Assembly: GCA_965230195.1 (NCBI GenBank)
Contig: OZ245997.1
Location: 4,302,913-4,366,912 of the forward strand
DNA from: Putridiphycobacter sp.
Lineage (GTDB): Bacteria > Bacteroidota > Bacteroidia > Flavobacteriales_D > Crocinitomicaceae
Length of the DNA: 64,000 bases
Direction of reading: 5' to 3'
The notes under the pieces were generated by a model. It did not search any database and was not told where the DNA came from. It saw only the letters and a program-made list of their open reading frames with translations. Below are positions 17,543-27,231 of this stretch, in pieces (the first letter of the stretch is position 1; every line of letters begins with the position of its first letter). The translations under genes and the position numbers were made by a program.

Positions 17543-18556
17543 TTAAATTTTAAAATAGTTTAGGTCACGGAACAACTTATCAAATACAAAATATTGTACC
17601 AAAACAAAGTCTCCCGAATTAGTTACTGCAAACAGGTTGTTTTGATCTGTGGTAATCAAATTACCGTCATAATCGTAACTTGTAAATTCAGGATACTTAA
17701 TATAAGTAGTCACTTTATTTTCAATTCCTGCTTTATCGGTTACTGTAATAATATAATATGGGGTATTGTTTAAAGTAGAATCTTTTAATTTTTTTGGCAT
17801 TATTGGTTCTTTTACATCATAGTGGATTTTTCTAAATCCTACAAGATAGGACCGTACTTTTGCGGTATCAAATTGCTCAATTTTAGTTTCGTTATGGTAT
17901 AATTCGAAAAGGTTAGAATCTAAACTGACAATTTTGTAGTTTAAACTTAAGCTATCCGGGATTTCCACTTCAACCGACTGGATATCTAAAGGGTCGTACA
18001 GGAACATTCCTGAGCATTGATAATCTTTTAAACGCAAAGAAAACTGGTCAGAAAGATTACCGTAAACACTTGGCATGTACATGATAAATGGTTCAGGGGA
18101 TTTTCCAACTCCTTCCTTTTTTAACAACATATAAGTACCGTAATGATCAGGAGTCGTTCCTCCTATAAACCACGTTTTACTCAATTTTCCGTTTTGGTAA
18201 ATTTCAACTTTCTTATGTTGTCCCAAAATTCTTTTATTAACATGATCAATGGCTCCCCGTGGCATAGGTGCTTTAACAGCTATGTATTTTATTGTTTCCA
18301 AAAAACCATCAATCATATGTTGCTGAATACAACCGCCATCTATTGCTTCCCATTTACCCCCATTTCTAACAAAATCAACTTCTCCTCCCACATTACTCGA
18401 AATTTTGATTCGTGTAATGCTGGCTGTATCTTTTACAGCAAAATCGGAAAGGGCTTCTGCAGATAGTGAAGACTTTTCTTTATCGAATAACATCCAGGTC
18501 ACCACAGCAAGTCCTGCTAAAACAATTATTAATAATACCGATTTAATCCTGCTCAT
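17543..18556 (-). CDS. DUF4340-like protein following gldG
   Basis: 337 aa with an N-terminal anchor. Its position immediately downstream of gldF-gldG is typical for DUF4340 proteins. The call rests mostly on context. Confidence 0.5.
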   Translation of the reverse strand: MSRIKSVLLIIVLAGLAVVTWMLFDKEKSSLSAEALSDFAVKDTASITRIKISSNVGGEVDFVRNGGKWEAIDGGCIQQHMIDGFLETIKYIAVKAPMPRGAIDHVNKRILGQHKKVEIYQNGKLSKTWFIGGTTPDHYGTYMLLKKEGVGKSPEPFIMYMPSVYGNLSDQFSLRLKDYQCSGMFLYDPLDIQSVEVEIPDSLSLNYKIVSLDSNLFELYHNETKIEQFDTAKVRSYLVGFRKIHYDVKEPIMPKKLKDSTLNNTPYYIITVTDKAGIENKVTTYIKYPEFTSYDYDGNLITTDQNNLFAVTNSGDFVLVQYFVFDKLFRDLNYFKI

Positions 18557-18564
18557 AAGTCAAT

Positions 18565-20334
18565 TTATTTGGCGTATCTTCTTTTTCTGAATATTAACAA
18601 TACAACAGCTAACAAAAGTACGAAAATCAAAGGGAAAAGTATATTTAGCGCCTTCCAAAAACCTTTCTCAGCATTAACCTTTTCCTCGTTTAGCATTCGT
18701 AGATTAACCGTTTTTGATCGAATACTGATCAATGAATTGTCTCCCATTAAATAGTCAATGGCGTTCAGGAAAAATTCCCTGTTTCCATAGTAAAATTTGG
18801 GAGACCCGTTTTTGGTCATTACGTTAAAACGATCAATATTTAATAACTTAGGTGACATTTTCTTTTTCCCGTTTTGATAATAGACAAATGAACCGTTAAT
18901 GATATCACCATCAGACAGTATAATCATTTTATTATCGACAGATTTAAATTTTGTTTCATAATCAGGACTTTCTAAAAATGCGGCACTGATCCGGTTTTCG
19001 AAAGGAGAGGAAAATTTTCCTTCCATTAGCAATGCTATTGGATTATTACCAAATTTAGGATCTGAGAAATCGGGTTTGTATTGTTCGAATGCAAACCCAT
19101 AGTTAATTCTGACCGGTGCCATCAGACTTTTTGATTTGGCTGAACTGGTGAGTAATACTGTTTTCTGAACATCTTTATCATTCGGATTAACCGCTACAAC
19201 TGAACTTGTATATTCAGTTTTTATTGGGTCAAGATTATTAACAATAGGGTGATTACTTGTTTGGATCAACGGGTAAAAAATCCATGGTAACCCGGGAGGT
19301 CTGACATGCTTTGGTCGAATCAATTCGTGCGTACAAATATCATCCAGTACTATATCATTATTCAATCTTGCCCCATATTTATACAATAAATCACTTATAT
19401 TTAAGTCGTTGGTTAACCCCATGGTTTCACCGGTAAATACCAAAGAATCTCTGTCTACTTTAATGGGGTCAATTGACCACAGCACTTTCCCTCCACGCAT
19501 AATAAACTGGTCAATAATAAATTTGTCTTTTTCTGTAAACCGGGTTTGAGGTTTGGCAATCACCAAAGCATCTATTTCATCTAAAGCACCTACCTTACCT
19601 TCAATTTCAATATTCCCTACACGATAGTCCTTTTTAAGTTCTTTACGAACTTCTCTTGTTTGGTTTTCATTCAATTCCCCATGCCCCTGTAAAAACCCAA
19701 TTGATTTTCTATTTTGGTTAGTAACCCTTCTAATGGAACTGATAAACTTGTATTCCAGATCGTTAATTGTTTTATCAACCAAATTTTGAACATTTTCGCC
19801 TAATACAATCCTTTCACGATCAAAAAACTGGACTATGTCAACAGTTTCTCCCCCAAATTCCACTATTGCGCCAGGCCAAACGATAAGTTGTTCTTTACTG
19901 TTAGCATCAATAGAATTAATGTATGTTGGTAAAATACCTTCGCCCTTATTAAAAATTTTTTCCTGAACTGCTTCATTAAACTTTTTGTCATCCGATCCAA
20001 CAGGATCAATAAACTCGTACTGAACTTTATCTCCGGAATAAGCGATAAACTCATCAAGAATATATTGTACATTATTCCTGATATGCTTCATATCTGCCGG
20101 CAGATCCCCTTCAAGATATATTTTAAAGAATATTCTCTCATTGAGTTGCTCATTATTTTCTAACAAGTCAATTGTGTTTTCTGATAAAGAAAATCGTTTA
20201 TCTTCAGTTAAATCAGCTCTCCAATTAAAAAAGGAAACAATAACATTCAGAAGTATTATAGCAGCAACTGTCCCAAAAAACTGAAACAATACCGACCGTC
20301 TTGAATTTGATTTTTTCTGATTCATAATTACCAC
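18565..20334 (-). CDS. gldG: Gliding motility-associated ABC transporter substrate-binding protein GldG
   Basis: 589 aa with N- and C-terminal TM anchors. The size and its position after an ABC-2 permease match GldG. It overlaps gldF by 7 nt. Confidence 0.75.
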   Translation of the reverse strand: MVIMNQKKSNSRRSVLFQFFGTVAAIILLNVIVSFFNWRADLTEDKRFSLSENTIDLLENNEQLNERIFFKIYLEGDLPADMKHIRNNVQYILDEFIAYSGDKVQYEFIDPVGSDDKKFNEAVQEKIFNKGEGILPTYINSIDANSKEQLIVWPGAIVEFGGETVDIVQFFDRERIVLGENVQNLVDKTINDLEYKFISSIRRVTNQNRKSIGFLQGHGELNENQTREVRKELKKDYRVGNIEIEGKVGALDEIDALVIAKPQTRFTEKDKFIIDQFIMRGGKVLWSIDPIKVDRDSLVFTGETMGLTNDLNISDLLYKYGARLNNDIVLDDICTHELIRPKHVRPPGLPWIFYPLIQTSNHPIVNNLDPIKTEYTSSVVAVNPNDKDVQKTVLLTSSAKSKSLMAPVRINYGFAFEQYKPDFSDPKFGNNPIALLMEGKFSSPFENRISAAFLESPDYETKFKSVDNKMIILSDGDIINGSFVYYQNGKKKMSPKLLNIDRFNVMTKNGSPKFYYGNREFFLNAIDYLMGDNSLISIRSKTVNLRMLNEEKVNAEKGFWKALNILFPLIFVLLLAVVLLIFRKRRYAK

Positions 20335-21059
20335 TTTCTGGATTGTAAAACCACTTTTGTGGCCAGTATAAAAATAATGATACAGCTAAAAAAATAGATG
20401 ATATCAGTAAGCACTAAAACACCTTTCTGAATCGAAGTAAAATGCTCCAGAATGCCCATATTTCTGATCACGAAATCAAACCCGCCAAACTGACTATAGC
20501 TGGCCAAAAGATCAAATCCCAAATAGAAAAACCAGGTTAAAAAAACAGCAATTAACAACGCTACAATCTGGTTTTCAGTAATACTGGACACAAAAATTCC
20601 CACTGCCACAAATATGCTCCCCACTAACATTAATCCTATAAAGGAAGAGATGGTCACACCATCATCTATATTACCAACCGGTTCACCAAGAAAATGAACA
20701 GATATATAGTAAATAACTGTTGGTAAAATGGCTATCAGTACCAGGGTTAATCCTGCAAAGTACTTTGCCAGGACAATTTGTAAATCTGAAAGTGGCCTGG
20801 TTAAAAGCAATTCAATTGTTCCGGTTCTTTTTTCCTCAGAAAAGGACCTCATTGTGATGGCAGGAATAAGTATCATGAAGATAACCGGTGCAATGGTAAA
20901 ATACGAAATCAAATCGGCAGTACCTCCTTCAATAATATTGGTACCAAAAGAAAATACCCACAGAAAAAGACTATTTAAAATCAAAAATACACCAATTACA
21001 GCATACCCAATTAATGACCCTAAAAAACCTCTAACCTCCTTTAAGTATAGTGATTTCAT
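20328..21059 (-). CDS. gldF: Gliding motility-associated ABC transporter permease GldF
   Basis: 243 aa, six TM segments, ABC-2 type permease pattern ('FSEEKRTGTIELLLTRPL'). Confidence 0.78.
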   Translation of the reverse strand: MKSLYLKEVRGFLGSLIGYAVIGVFLILNSLFLWVFSFGTNIIEGGTADLISYFTIAPVIFMILIPAITMRSFSEEKRTGTIELLLTRPLSDLQIVLAKYFAGLTLVLIAILPTVIYYISVHFLGEPVGNIDDGVTISSFIGLMLVGSIFVAVGIFVSSITENQIVALLIAVFLTWFFYLGFDLLASYSQFGGFDFVIRNMGILEHFTSIQKGVLVLTDIIYFFSCIIIFILATKVVLQSRKW

Positions 21060-21077
21060 ATTGTTTTTTTAAGCTTT

Positions 21078-21085
21078 CAAAGTTA
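21078..21085 (-). promoter_or_regulatory. Candidate -7 box (TAACTTTG) for gldF-gldG
   Basis: The reverse complement of caaagtta matches TAnnTTTG, 18 nt upstream of the gldF ATG. Confidence 0.3.
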
Positions 21086-21166
21086 AAAGAATAAGTGCTA
21101 AATTCAAATTAAAAAAACTTAAATTTAGCCTTAGATATACAAGCCTAAGAAAACCAGAATATAATT

Positions 21167-24154
21167 TTATTGAACTATCACAAAATCAACACGTCTGTTG
21201 GTTTGACGACCTGAAGGATTATCTTTTCCGTTAGATAATCTGTTCTCTGCTTTTGGTTTAGATTCACCATTGGCAACAACTTTCACAATCTGATCATCAC
21301 CAACACCATTTCTTTTTAAATAATCATATACCATATTTGCCCGTTTTCTTGACAACCAGATGTTATAGTTAGAGGCACCAAATGAATCTGTATTACCTTC
21401 TATTTTGAATTTCAAACTTTTATCTGCTTTTAAAACGGTAATATTATTATCGATTATTGACTTAGCAGATTGGGTTAATGAATACTTATCAAACTCAAAG
21501 TATACCGGATTTAATTTGCCATCTCCTTTAGCAATTGCTTTATCAGGTACTGTGAATGAAGACTCCAGCGTATACTCTCCACCATTTTCATCAACAACAA
21601 CTCCAACCACTTTAACAACATCCAATGGCTCAAAATTATACTCTAATAAAGCTGCTGTTTTCCCATCCACTAATCTTCCGTTTACATACCATTGATAACT
21701 GATTTTTGCGCCCTTTGGTGCATTGTACAGGTTAGCGTGCAGAATAGTAACATCACCAGTTGATGGATCAACATCATTCGTCAGGGCAATATTCGGATTA
21801 TCCATTGCCGTTACGTTATTATTGTCATTATTGATACCTGTATTGGTATTGTCATTATTATTTGACGTGTTATTATTATCGTTATTTGATGAATTAGTGT
21901 TGTTATTGTCAGATGTATTATTTGTATTTGAGTTATCAGCTAAATTATTATTTGTATTATCAGCCAAAACCGGATCATATTCAGGAATAGTTTTCGTAGC
22001 CTCAAGTGAGAACTCCAATTCATCCTTTTCATTCATTACATTCCCTACCACCTTAACAACATCTAACGGCTGGAAATCGTGTGCTAAAAGACTTGAATTT
22101 TTACCCTTTAGATAATTGTTGTTGATATACCAGTTGTAGAAAACAATTTTATCATTTGGTACATTAAACACTTCTGCGTGCAATGCGTTTATTTTACCAG
22201 AATTAGGATCTTTATTTTCGTTCAGAACAATTCCCGGCAGGTAATCGTCCTCAACTGCTTGCTTATTACTGATATCATAAACATAAATCTCTTTAAATCC
22301 TTCAATCTCATCAGTCAACTGACCATTTTCATCTATAATTTCAGACTTAACTGTTACAAGATGGACTCCTGTATCTTTAAAAGCGTAATTGAGTAATGAA
22401 TCATTTTCCAATACCAAAACACTATCAACATACCAATCATATGATACGCTGTCAAGTTTTGACATATTCATTACATCAGCCTCTAATTCCATATCAGTAT
22501 TTTCCAATACTACCCTGTTAGAAATAACCTGCAGAAATAACTGATCGTGTTTAACAATATCAACGTTAACAGTAGCACATTGCATAATATACTCCTGATT
22601 ACTGCTGTTATAAGCATAAATTTGTGCTGTTACCTCATGCTCACCCAATGTAGGAAAGGCATATTTTAATTCTGAAAGATCAACTTTTAATACTTCTCCG
22701 TCCACACGCCAAAACACGTTTTTAATCTCAGCATCTTTAAATTGGGACTGGCTGGCATCAAAACTCATTAATTCGTTAACATAAGGATCACTTAAAATTT
22801 CAATCATAGGAATATTATCCTCTGACTCAAACTCTTCGGCAAACTTATCACAATCGAATGACGGATAAGGGGTATTGGTAAACATATAAATGTCCATTGA
22901 TCCTTTACCACCACCTCTGTTTGATGAGATAAAACCTGTTTCCTCGTTATTATTATAAGTAAAGAATATGTCTTCCCCACTCGAATTGATGGGCATTCCC
23001 ATATTGATTGGCTCTCCCCATTCCCCATCTCTTAAATAAGATTTATAAACATCATATTTACCAAATCCACCTGGTTTATTTGACGAAAAATATAATGTGT
23101 TCCCATCTTCTGAAAAGAAAGGGCTATCCTCATTATAAGGAGTATTAATTTTATCACTGAATAAAACCGCTTCCGACCAGGTTCCATCTTCCTGCAATTC
23201 GGTTATATATAAATCCAATTGAAAATCCTTTTTCTCGGAAGAGCTAAAGATGAAGTGTTTATGGTCTTTTGAAAACACACCATGAGGTTGGTAATAAGAC
23301 CTGTTAATTTGCTCTGGCATTACCTGAGGTTCAGATAATTCTCCATCAATTTTTAAGGAAAGCCAAAGTTTATTGTCTTTATAAAATATTACAGTATCTC
23401 CTGAAAAGGTTTTTCCAACCACTGAAAAATGGACTCTGTCTAATTTATCCGGATTAATTTCGATTAATTTAGGTACCTGCCCCTTCTCCTGGCTATTAAT
23501 GGAGTATCCACTTTCGTAATACTGCATATCCAAAAACTTTCGTTCCCTTTTATTATCCTGGTATCGTGCTGTGTACATTAATTGATTAGTTTCAGGAAAA
23601 TAAACTGAACAATACTCTCTAAGATCTGAATTAACATCACTTCCGAGGTTAATGACTTTAACTATATTAAAAGAGTTGCCGTTAAAAACTGAATCCGCCA
23701 GCTGACATTCATTAATTTTACTGGTTACTTCAGCTCTGATGATATCACTTTTCTGAGAAGATTCAATTCCATTTTTCCTAAAATATTCAAAGCTTTTAAC
23801 TGCTTCATTATAATTTCCCATTAATTTTTGAGCTTCTCCCAAATAGTAATAAGCCATATATATGGAATCTTTTTTACGGCTGAAATTATCAATGGCTTTT
23901 GTAAGATGATTAATTGAATTCGGATAATCTTCTTTACTTAAAAGATAGATCTTCCCCAATTCGTAATTGGCAGGGATATTAGTCGAATCCTCTTCCAATA
24001 TCGATTTATATCTAAAAATTGAACTGTTAACTTTACCGTATGAATAAAGTCTGTCAGCTTTTCGCAGTTTTACCCATTGGCCCTGGGCAACACTATTACC
24101 GGGCAAAACAAGACTCGCAAAACCCAATAAAAGTATATAAATAACAATTTTCAT
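21167..24154 (-). CDS. OmpA-family protein with TPR, TolB-like (PD40) repeats, duplicated beta-sandwich modules and an Asn-rich linker
   Basis: 995 aa. It has TPR-like 'YELGKIYLL...YYYLGEAQ' and PD40-type 'LYFSSNKPGGFGKYDVYKS'. The C-terminal OmpA domain shows 'GNTDSFGASNYNIWLSRKRANMVYDYL' and 'NRRVDFVIVQ'. Confidence 0.85.
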   Translation of the reverse strand: MKIVIYILLLGFASLVLPGNSVAQGQWVKLRKADRLYSYGKVNSSIFRYKSILEEDSTNIPANYELGKIYLLSKEDYPNSINHLTKAIDNFSRKKDSIYMAYYYLGEAQKLMGNYNEAVKSFEYFRKNGIESSQKSDIIRAEVTSKINECQLADSVFNGNSFNIVKVINLGSDVNSDLREYCSVYFPETNQLMYTARYQDNKRERKFLDMQYYESGYSINSQEKGQVPKLIEINPDKLDRVHFSVVGKTFSGDTVIFYKDNKLWLSLKIDGELSEPQVMPEQINRSYYQPHGVFSKDHKHFIFSSSEKKDFQLDLYITELQEDGTWSEAVLFSDKINTPYNEDSPFFSEDGNTLYFSSNKPGGFGKYDVYKSYLRDGEWGEPINMGMPINSSGEDIFFTYNNNEETGFISSNRGGGKGSMDIYMFTNTPYPSFDCDKFAEEFESEDNIPMIEILSDPYVNELMSFDASQSQFKDAEIKNVFWRVDGEVLKVDLSELKYAFPTLGEHEVTAQIYAYNSSNQEYIMQCATVNVDIVKHDQLFLQVISNRVVLENTDMELEADVMNMSKLDSVSYDWYVDSVLVLENDSLLNYAFKDTGVHLVTVKSEIIDENGQLTDEIEGFKEIYVYDISNKQAVEDDYLPGIVLNENKDPNSGKINALHAEVFNVPNDKIVFYNWYINNNYLKGKNSSLLAHDFQPLDVVKVVGNVMNEKDELEFSLEATKTIPEYDPVLADNTNNNLADNSNTNNTSDNNNTNSSNNDNNNTSNNNDNTNTGINNDNNNVTAMDNPNIALTNDVDPSTGDVTILHANLYNAPKGAKISYQWYVNGRLVDGKTAALLEYNFEPLDVVKVVGVVVDENGGEYTLESSFTVPDKAIAKGDGKLNPVYFEFDKYSLTQSAKSIIDNNITVLKADKSLKFKIEGNTDSFGASNYNIWLSRKRANMVYDYLKRNGVGDDQIVKVVANGESKPKAENRLSNGKDNPSGRQTNRRVDFVIVQ

Positions 24155-24183
24155 CCAATTTTGTTTATAGTACTAAAACTCTG

Positions 24184-24191
24184 CAAACTTA
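24184..24191 (-). promoter_or_regulatory. Candidate -7 box (TAAGTTTG) for the 995-aa OmpA gene
   Basis: Matches TAnnTTTG 29 nt upstream of the ATG. A second match (TACTTTTG) lies at 24203-24210. Confidence 0.3.
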
Positions 24192-24243
24192 AAATTTCAG
24201 ATCAAAAGTAACTAAAAATACTTAATAATTGGGGATAATGCAT

Positions 24244-26622
24244 TTATGTACGGCAATTCTCACAAAAAAGTTGCGCAATTTCCTTATAATCTAACGATCG
24301 GATCCCCATCTGTTTCCAAATGAACAGGTTGCATAATTCCTGAGGAGCGACTTCGTTTAAGTTTTTTATCACCCCCATCACCTTCTTGTATTTTGACTTA
24401 TCACTGAAATGATCCAAATAATATGCAATCTTAATATATTGTTTATACAATTTTGGGAAATGACCTTTCTGCCGCGCAAACTTTGACAGAAGAACCATAG
24501 ATTCAACATAATACCCCCATTGTATCAAATATTGACATACAAAATAGGTTTTATGGACTCCAAATTTATTCTGTAAGACATTATCAACAATTACAGGTGC
24601 TTTTGTATCAATTGAATATCTAAAATTTTGAATCCCAGAGATTAATTCTAATGTTTCCAGCCATCCCTTTTCGCGAGCCGACTTGATATTATTTATTTTT
24701 CGTGCAAAATCATTAATCTTAATCGCTTCATTATCATTAAATAAATTAAACAACAACCGATATTCCAAAAAGGTATTTGAAGAAGGAATTGCTCCTATTT
24801 CAAACAAATCATTTAATATTTCAAAATTGGTAATCTGATTACTGCTGTGGAGTGTAAATACAAAATAGTCCCAGCATAGGTCTTTACATTCTTCTTTAAG
24901 TGGAATATCTAACTCAAACAATGAATCTGCTAATATTTCATTTCCATCTATTGCATTGTTAGCTAACAACTGGAATAATAACCTCGACTCCTCATACCGT
25001 TCAGTTTCTATCAGGTTTTCAAGATTATGAACGGAAAGCACAAGCGCCTCATCAGCTATTTGCAAAGTACTTTTAAATCTTATTTTAACCGTTGATTGTC
25101 GAGTAGTATTTAACAACTCCTTTATATCTGATTCGTCTCTGTTTTGGTTAGCATAGCTTCGAAGTTCTTTACGACTTGACTCCTGATATTCTTTGATACC
25201 ATAAAGCACCAGCCCTTCCCTGAAATCAATAAAATTTTCGAAAAAATGCTTTTTCATTTTTTCTTCGGGATAATAGTCTTGAATCACCTCCCCGATTATT
25301 GCACCTCTTTTTTCAATCAACCGTCTGTTAATCTCTTCACTTCCTTCAATGGAAGCCACTCCTGTATAACTTATATCAAGAATGGCTGTTCCTTTGCTTT
25401 TTAACTGGGCCAGGGTTTGTATTAGTTCATTGAATATTGCAGAATCCTCACTTGTTTCGTTCCTTTCAAAAGGAATTTTAATCTCTATGGAGTCAACCAA
25501 CTCAATACTATTATTAGTCGATACTTTAGGTTTAGGTATCTTAAAGTACTCCTTAGGTGTAAAAAAATCGGGACGTAAAAAAATGATACTGTTATTGACA
25601 CAGGGCTTATGTCGCTTATTATAATTGTAATCTACCTGAAAATACTCATCATTAAATTCGGGTATCTGCCCAATATATACCTGCACCAAGTCAGGGGACG
25701 AATGTATATTTTCAGATTTGACTTTTTTTTTATCCAGGAACCCCAGGTAATAGCCATCATTGTACAGGGCATTATGAAAGGCACCGTTACCTTCACAATC
25801 AAATTGTTCATGATGAATAATATCAACCGCTATTTGGCCGTTAGCGCTAAAAATCAGATTAATATTATTTTTTTGATGTGAGAGGTTAATTTTTTTCCTA
25901 CCTAACGACCAAATCACTGATTTTGTATAATGTTTTATATTCCAGTAATACAACGAATCATTTGAAATAGTATACCAACCAATATGCCCTTGATTGTTGG
26001 ATAGTTTTGTTCTTGTCTGAGTGCAATCTTTACAAGGTTTCGCTTCCTTTATATTCATAACACTACCCTTTTTATAAGGATATTCTTCCTTAAAGTGTTT
26101 TGCGCTAAAAACCTGACAAACGTATAAATCTCCTCCTTTTATAGCAAACTGATGAGAAACACCTGTATAGTTTTTATCAACCATATTAAGGTAGTGCCCT
26201 TTGGATTTTCTCCAGTTATCACCAAGCATTTTGGCCAGTTGATTATAAGTTAACCTGTTTTTTGATTTTTGAATCTCATATTTCAATGGAATCATTTGAA
26301 CATTTTCACCTACAAATTGTGAATTCCCACCGTAATAATTAACCCTTAATTGTACTGTTCGTTTTTGCTTTATTTTTTGAATATGTCCAACATATTTTCG
26401 CTCAGCCATGTATTTAACATGATCTTTTGCTGCCAGGTCTAAAACGGGATATAAATCCAAGGCACCTCTTCTCTTTTTTCGGCGCTCACGGTTAGTGTAT
26501 TCCAGTAATAACTGATTCAGGCGATCATCATTAAAATTATCGGGGTCTACAATTTCAGTTTGTGACAACGCATTGTAGCAAAAACCTGTAAAACATAATA
26601 TCAATAAACAGGTTAATCTCAT
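24244..26622 (-). CDS. Secreted CAP/SCP-domain protein with a long C-terminal helical region
   Basis: 792 aa with a signal peptide. The N-terminal region ('LAAKDHVKYMAERKYVGH', 'GENV', 'WRKSKGHYLNMVDKNYTGV') resembles CAP (YkwD-like) domains. The remainder is unrecognised. Confidence 0.5.
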   Translation of the reverse strand: MRLTCLLILCFTGFCYNALSQTEIVDPDNFNDDRLNQLLLEYTNRERRKKRRGALDLYPVLDLAAKDHVKYMAERKYVGHIQKIKQKRTVQLRVNYYGGNSQFVGENVQMIPLKYEIQKSKNRLTYNQLAKMLGDNWRKSKGHYLNMVDKNYTGVSHQFAIKGGDLYVCQVFSAKHFKEEYPYKKGSVMNIKEAKPCKDCTQTRTKLSNNQGHIGWYTISNDSLYYWNIKHYTKSVIWSLGRKKINLSHQKNNINLIFSANGQIAVDIIHHEQFDCEGNGAFHNALYNDGYYLGFLDKKKVKSENIHSSPDLVQVYIGQIPEFNDEYFQVDYNYNKRHKPCVNNSIIFLRPDFFTPKEYFKIPKPKVSTNNSIELVDSIEIKIPFERNETSEDSAIFNELIQTLAQLKSKGTAILDISYTGVASIEGSEEINRRLIEKRGAIIGEVIQDYYPEEKMKKHFFENFIDFREGLVLYGIKEYQESSRKELRSYANQNRDESDIKELLNTTRQSTVKIRFKSTLQIADEALVLSVHNLENLIETERYEESRLLFQLLANNAIDGNEILADSLFELDIPLKEECKDLCWDYFVFTLHSSNQITNFEILNDLFEIGAIPSSNTFLEYRLLFNLFNDNEAIKINDFARKINNIKSAREKGWLETLELISGIQNFRYSIDTKAPVIVDNVLQNKFGVHKTYFVCQYLIQWGYYVESMVLLSKFARQKGHFPKLYKQYIKIAYYLDHFSDKSKYKKVMGVIKNLNEVAPQELCNLFIWKQMGIRSLDYKEIAQLFCENCRT

Positions 26623-27104
26623 TGAACAATTACCAGATTATTATGCCAACTGTCTTTTAATTCCACTTTCCACTTAGACTTCAGTTCTGCTTTGGTTTCA
26701 ACCAGATTATTGAATACCGTTGTATTTCTTCTGATATTGTCCTGCTGCACTAATTGTTTAAATTCAACTATATTTGCTAATCTTAGTACTCCTTCATCAT
26801 CAATATAAGCAGTATTTAAACGGTTAAAAAAATCAACCTCAATCGACTCACCAACGGATTTTATCTTCCTTGTCAAAGCATCTTTTGAACATCCACTGGC
26901 TTCGCTATAATTTTCATCTACACCAACAACAATAAATAAATCATCAATAATTTCGTATTCCGATTTAAGATTTGTGCCATGCGCTGACCATTCAGGGATA
27001 AAAATATCAAGTTGCTGACGTATTGTATTAATTTCCGTATCGTTTAATTTTCTGTCGGACTGAAAAATCCAAACACTGGCATTATCTTCTAATTTTTCCA
27101 GCAT
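26619..27104 (-). CDS. Conserved hypothetical protein
   Basis: 161 aa with a clean ORF. Its stop overlaps the next start by 4 nt. No motif recognised. Confidence 0.45.
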   Translation of the reverse strand: MLEKLEDNASVWIFQSDRKLNDTEINTIRQQLDIFIPEWSAHGTNLKSEYEIIDDLFIVVGVDENYSEASGCSKDALTRKIKSVGESIEVDFFNRLNTAYIDDEGVLRLANIVEFKQLVQQDNIRRNTTVFNNLVETKAELKSKWKVELKDSWHNNLVIVQ

Positions 27105-27129
27105 AATTTTAATTATTTAATCAGTTTAT

Positions 27130-27137
27130 CAAAGTTA
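27130..27137 (-). promoter_or_regulatory. Candidate -7 box (TAACTTTG) for the 161-aa / CAP-domain operon
   Basis: Matches TAnnTTTG, 25 nt upstream of the ATG at 27104. Confidence 0.3.
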
Positions 27138-27176
27138 ACAATTTGTTTAATACCCATGGGTACAATAATTCGTTGT

Positions 27177-27212
27177 AAAAAAAAACAGGCTTTAATGGAA
27201 AGCCTGTTTTTT
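27177..27212 (-). terminator. Rho-independent terminator after purL (symmetrical, usable on both strands)
   Basis: A perfect 10-bp stem AACAGGCTTT (27183-27192) / AAAGCCTGTT (27198-27207) closes a 5-nt loop. It is flanked by an A-run on one side and a T-run on the other, and begins 20 nt past the purL stop. Confidence 0.7.
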
Positions 27213-27231
27213 CTTTATTTTTTATTCTAAT

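Noticed and set aside
21810-21965. Phase-variable microsatellite in the OmpA gene
   Set aside because: The AAT/AAC-type repeats are imperfect and heterogeneous and have no long pure tract. At most there may be in-frame length variation, not on/off switching.
27151-27162. Perfect 12-nt palindromes as operator sites (tacccatgggta at 27151-27162; atatcatgatat at 32706-32717)
   Set aside because: They are single short palindromes in AT-rich intergenic DNA, with no second half-site, no recognisable regulator nearby and no repetition elsewhere in the window. This is compatible with chance.
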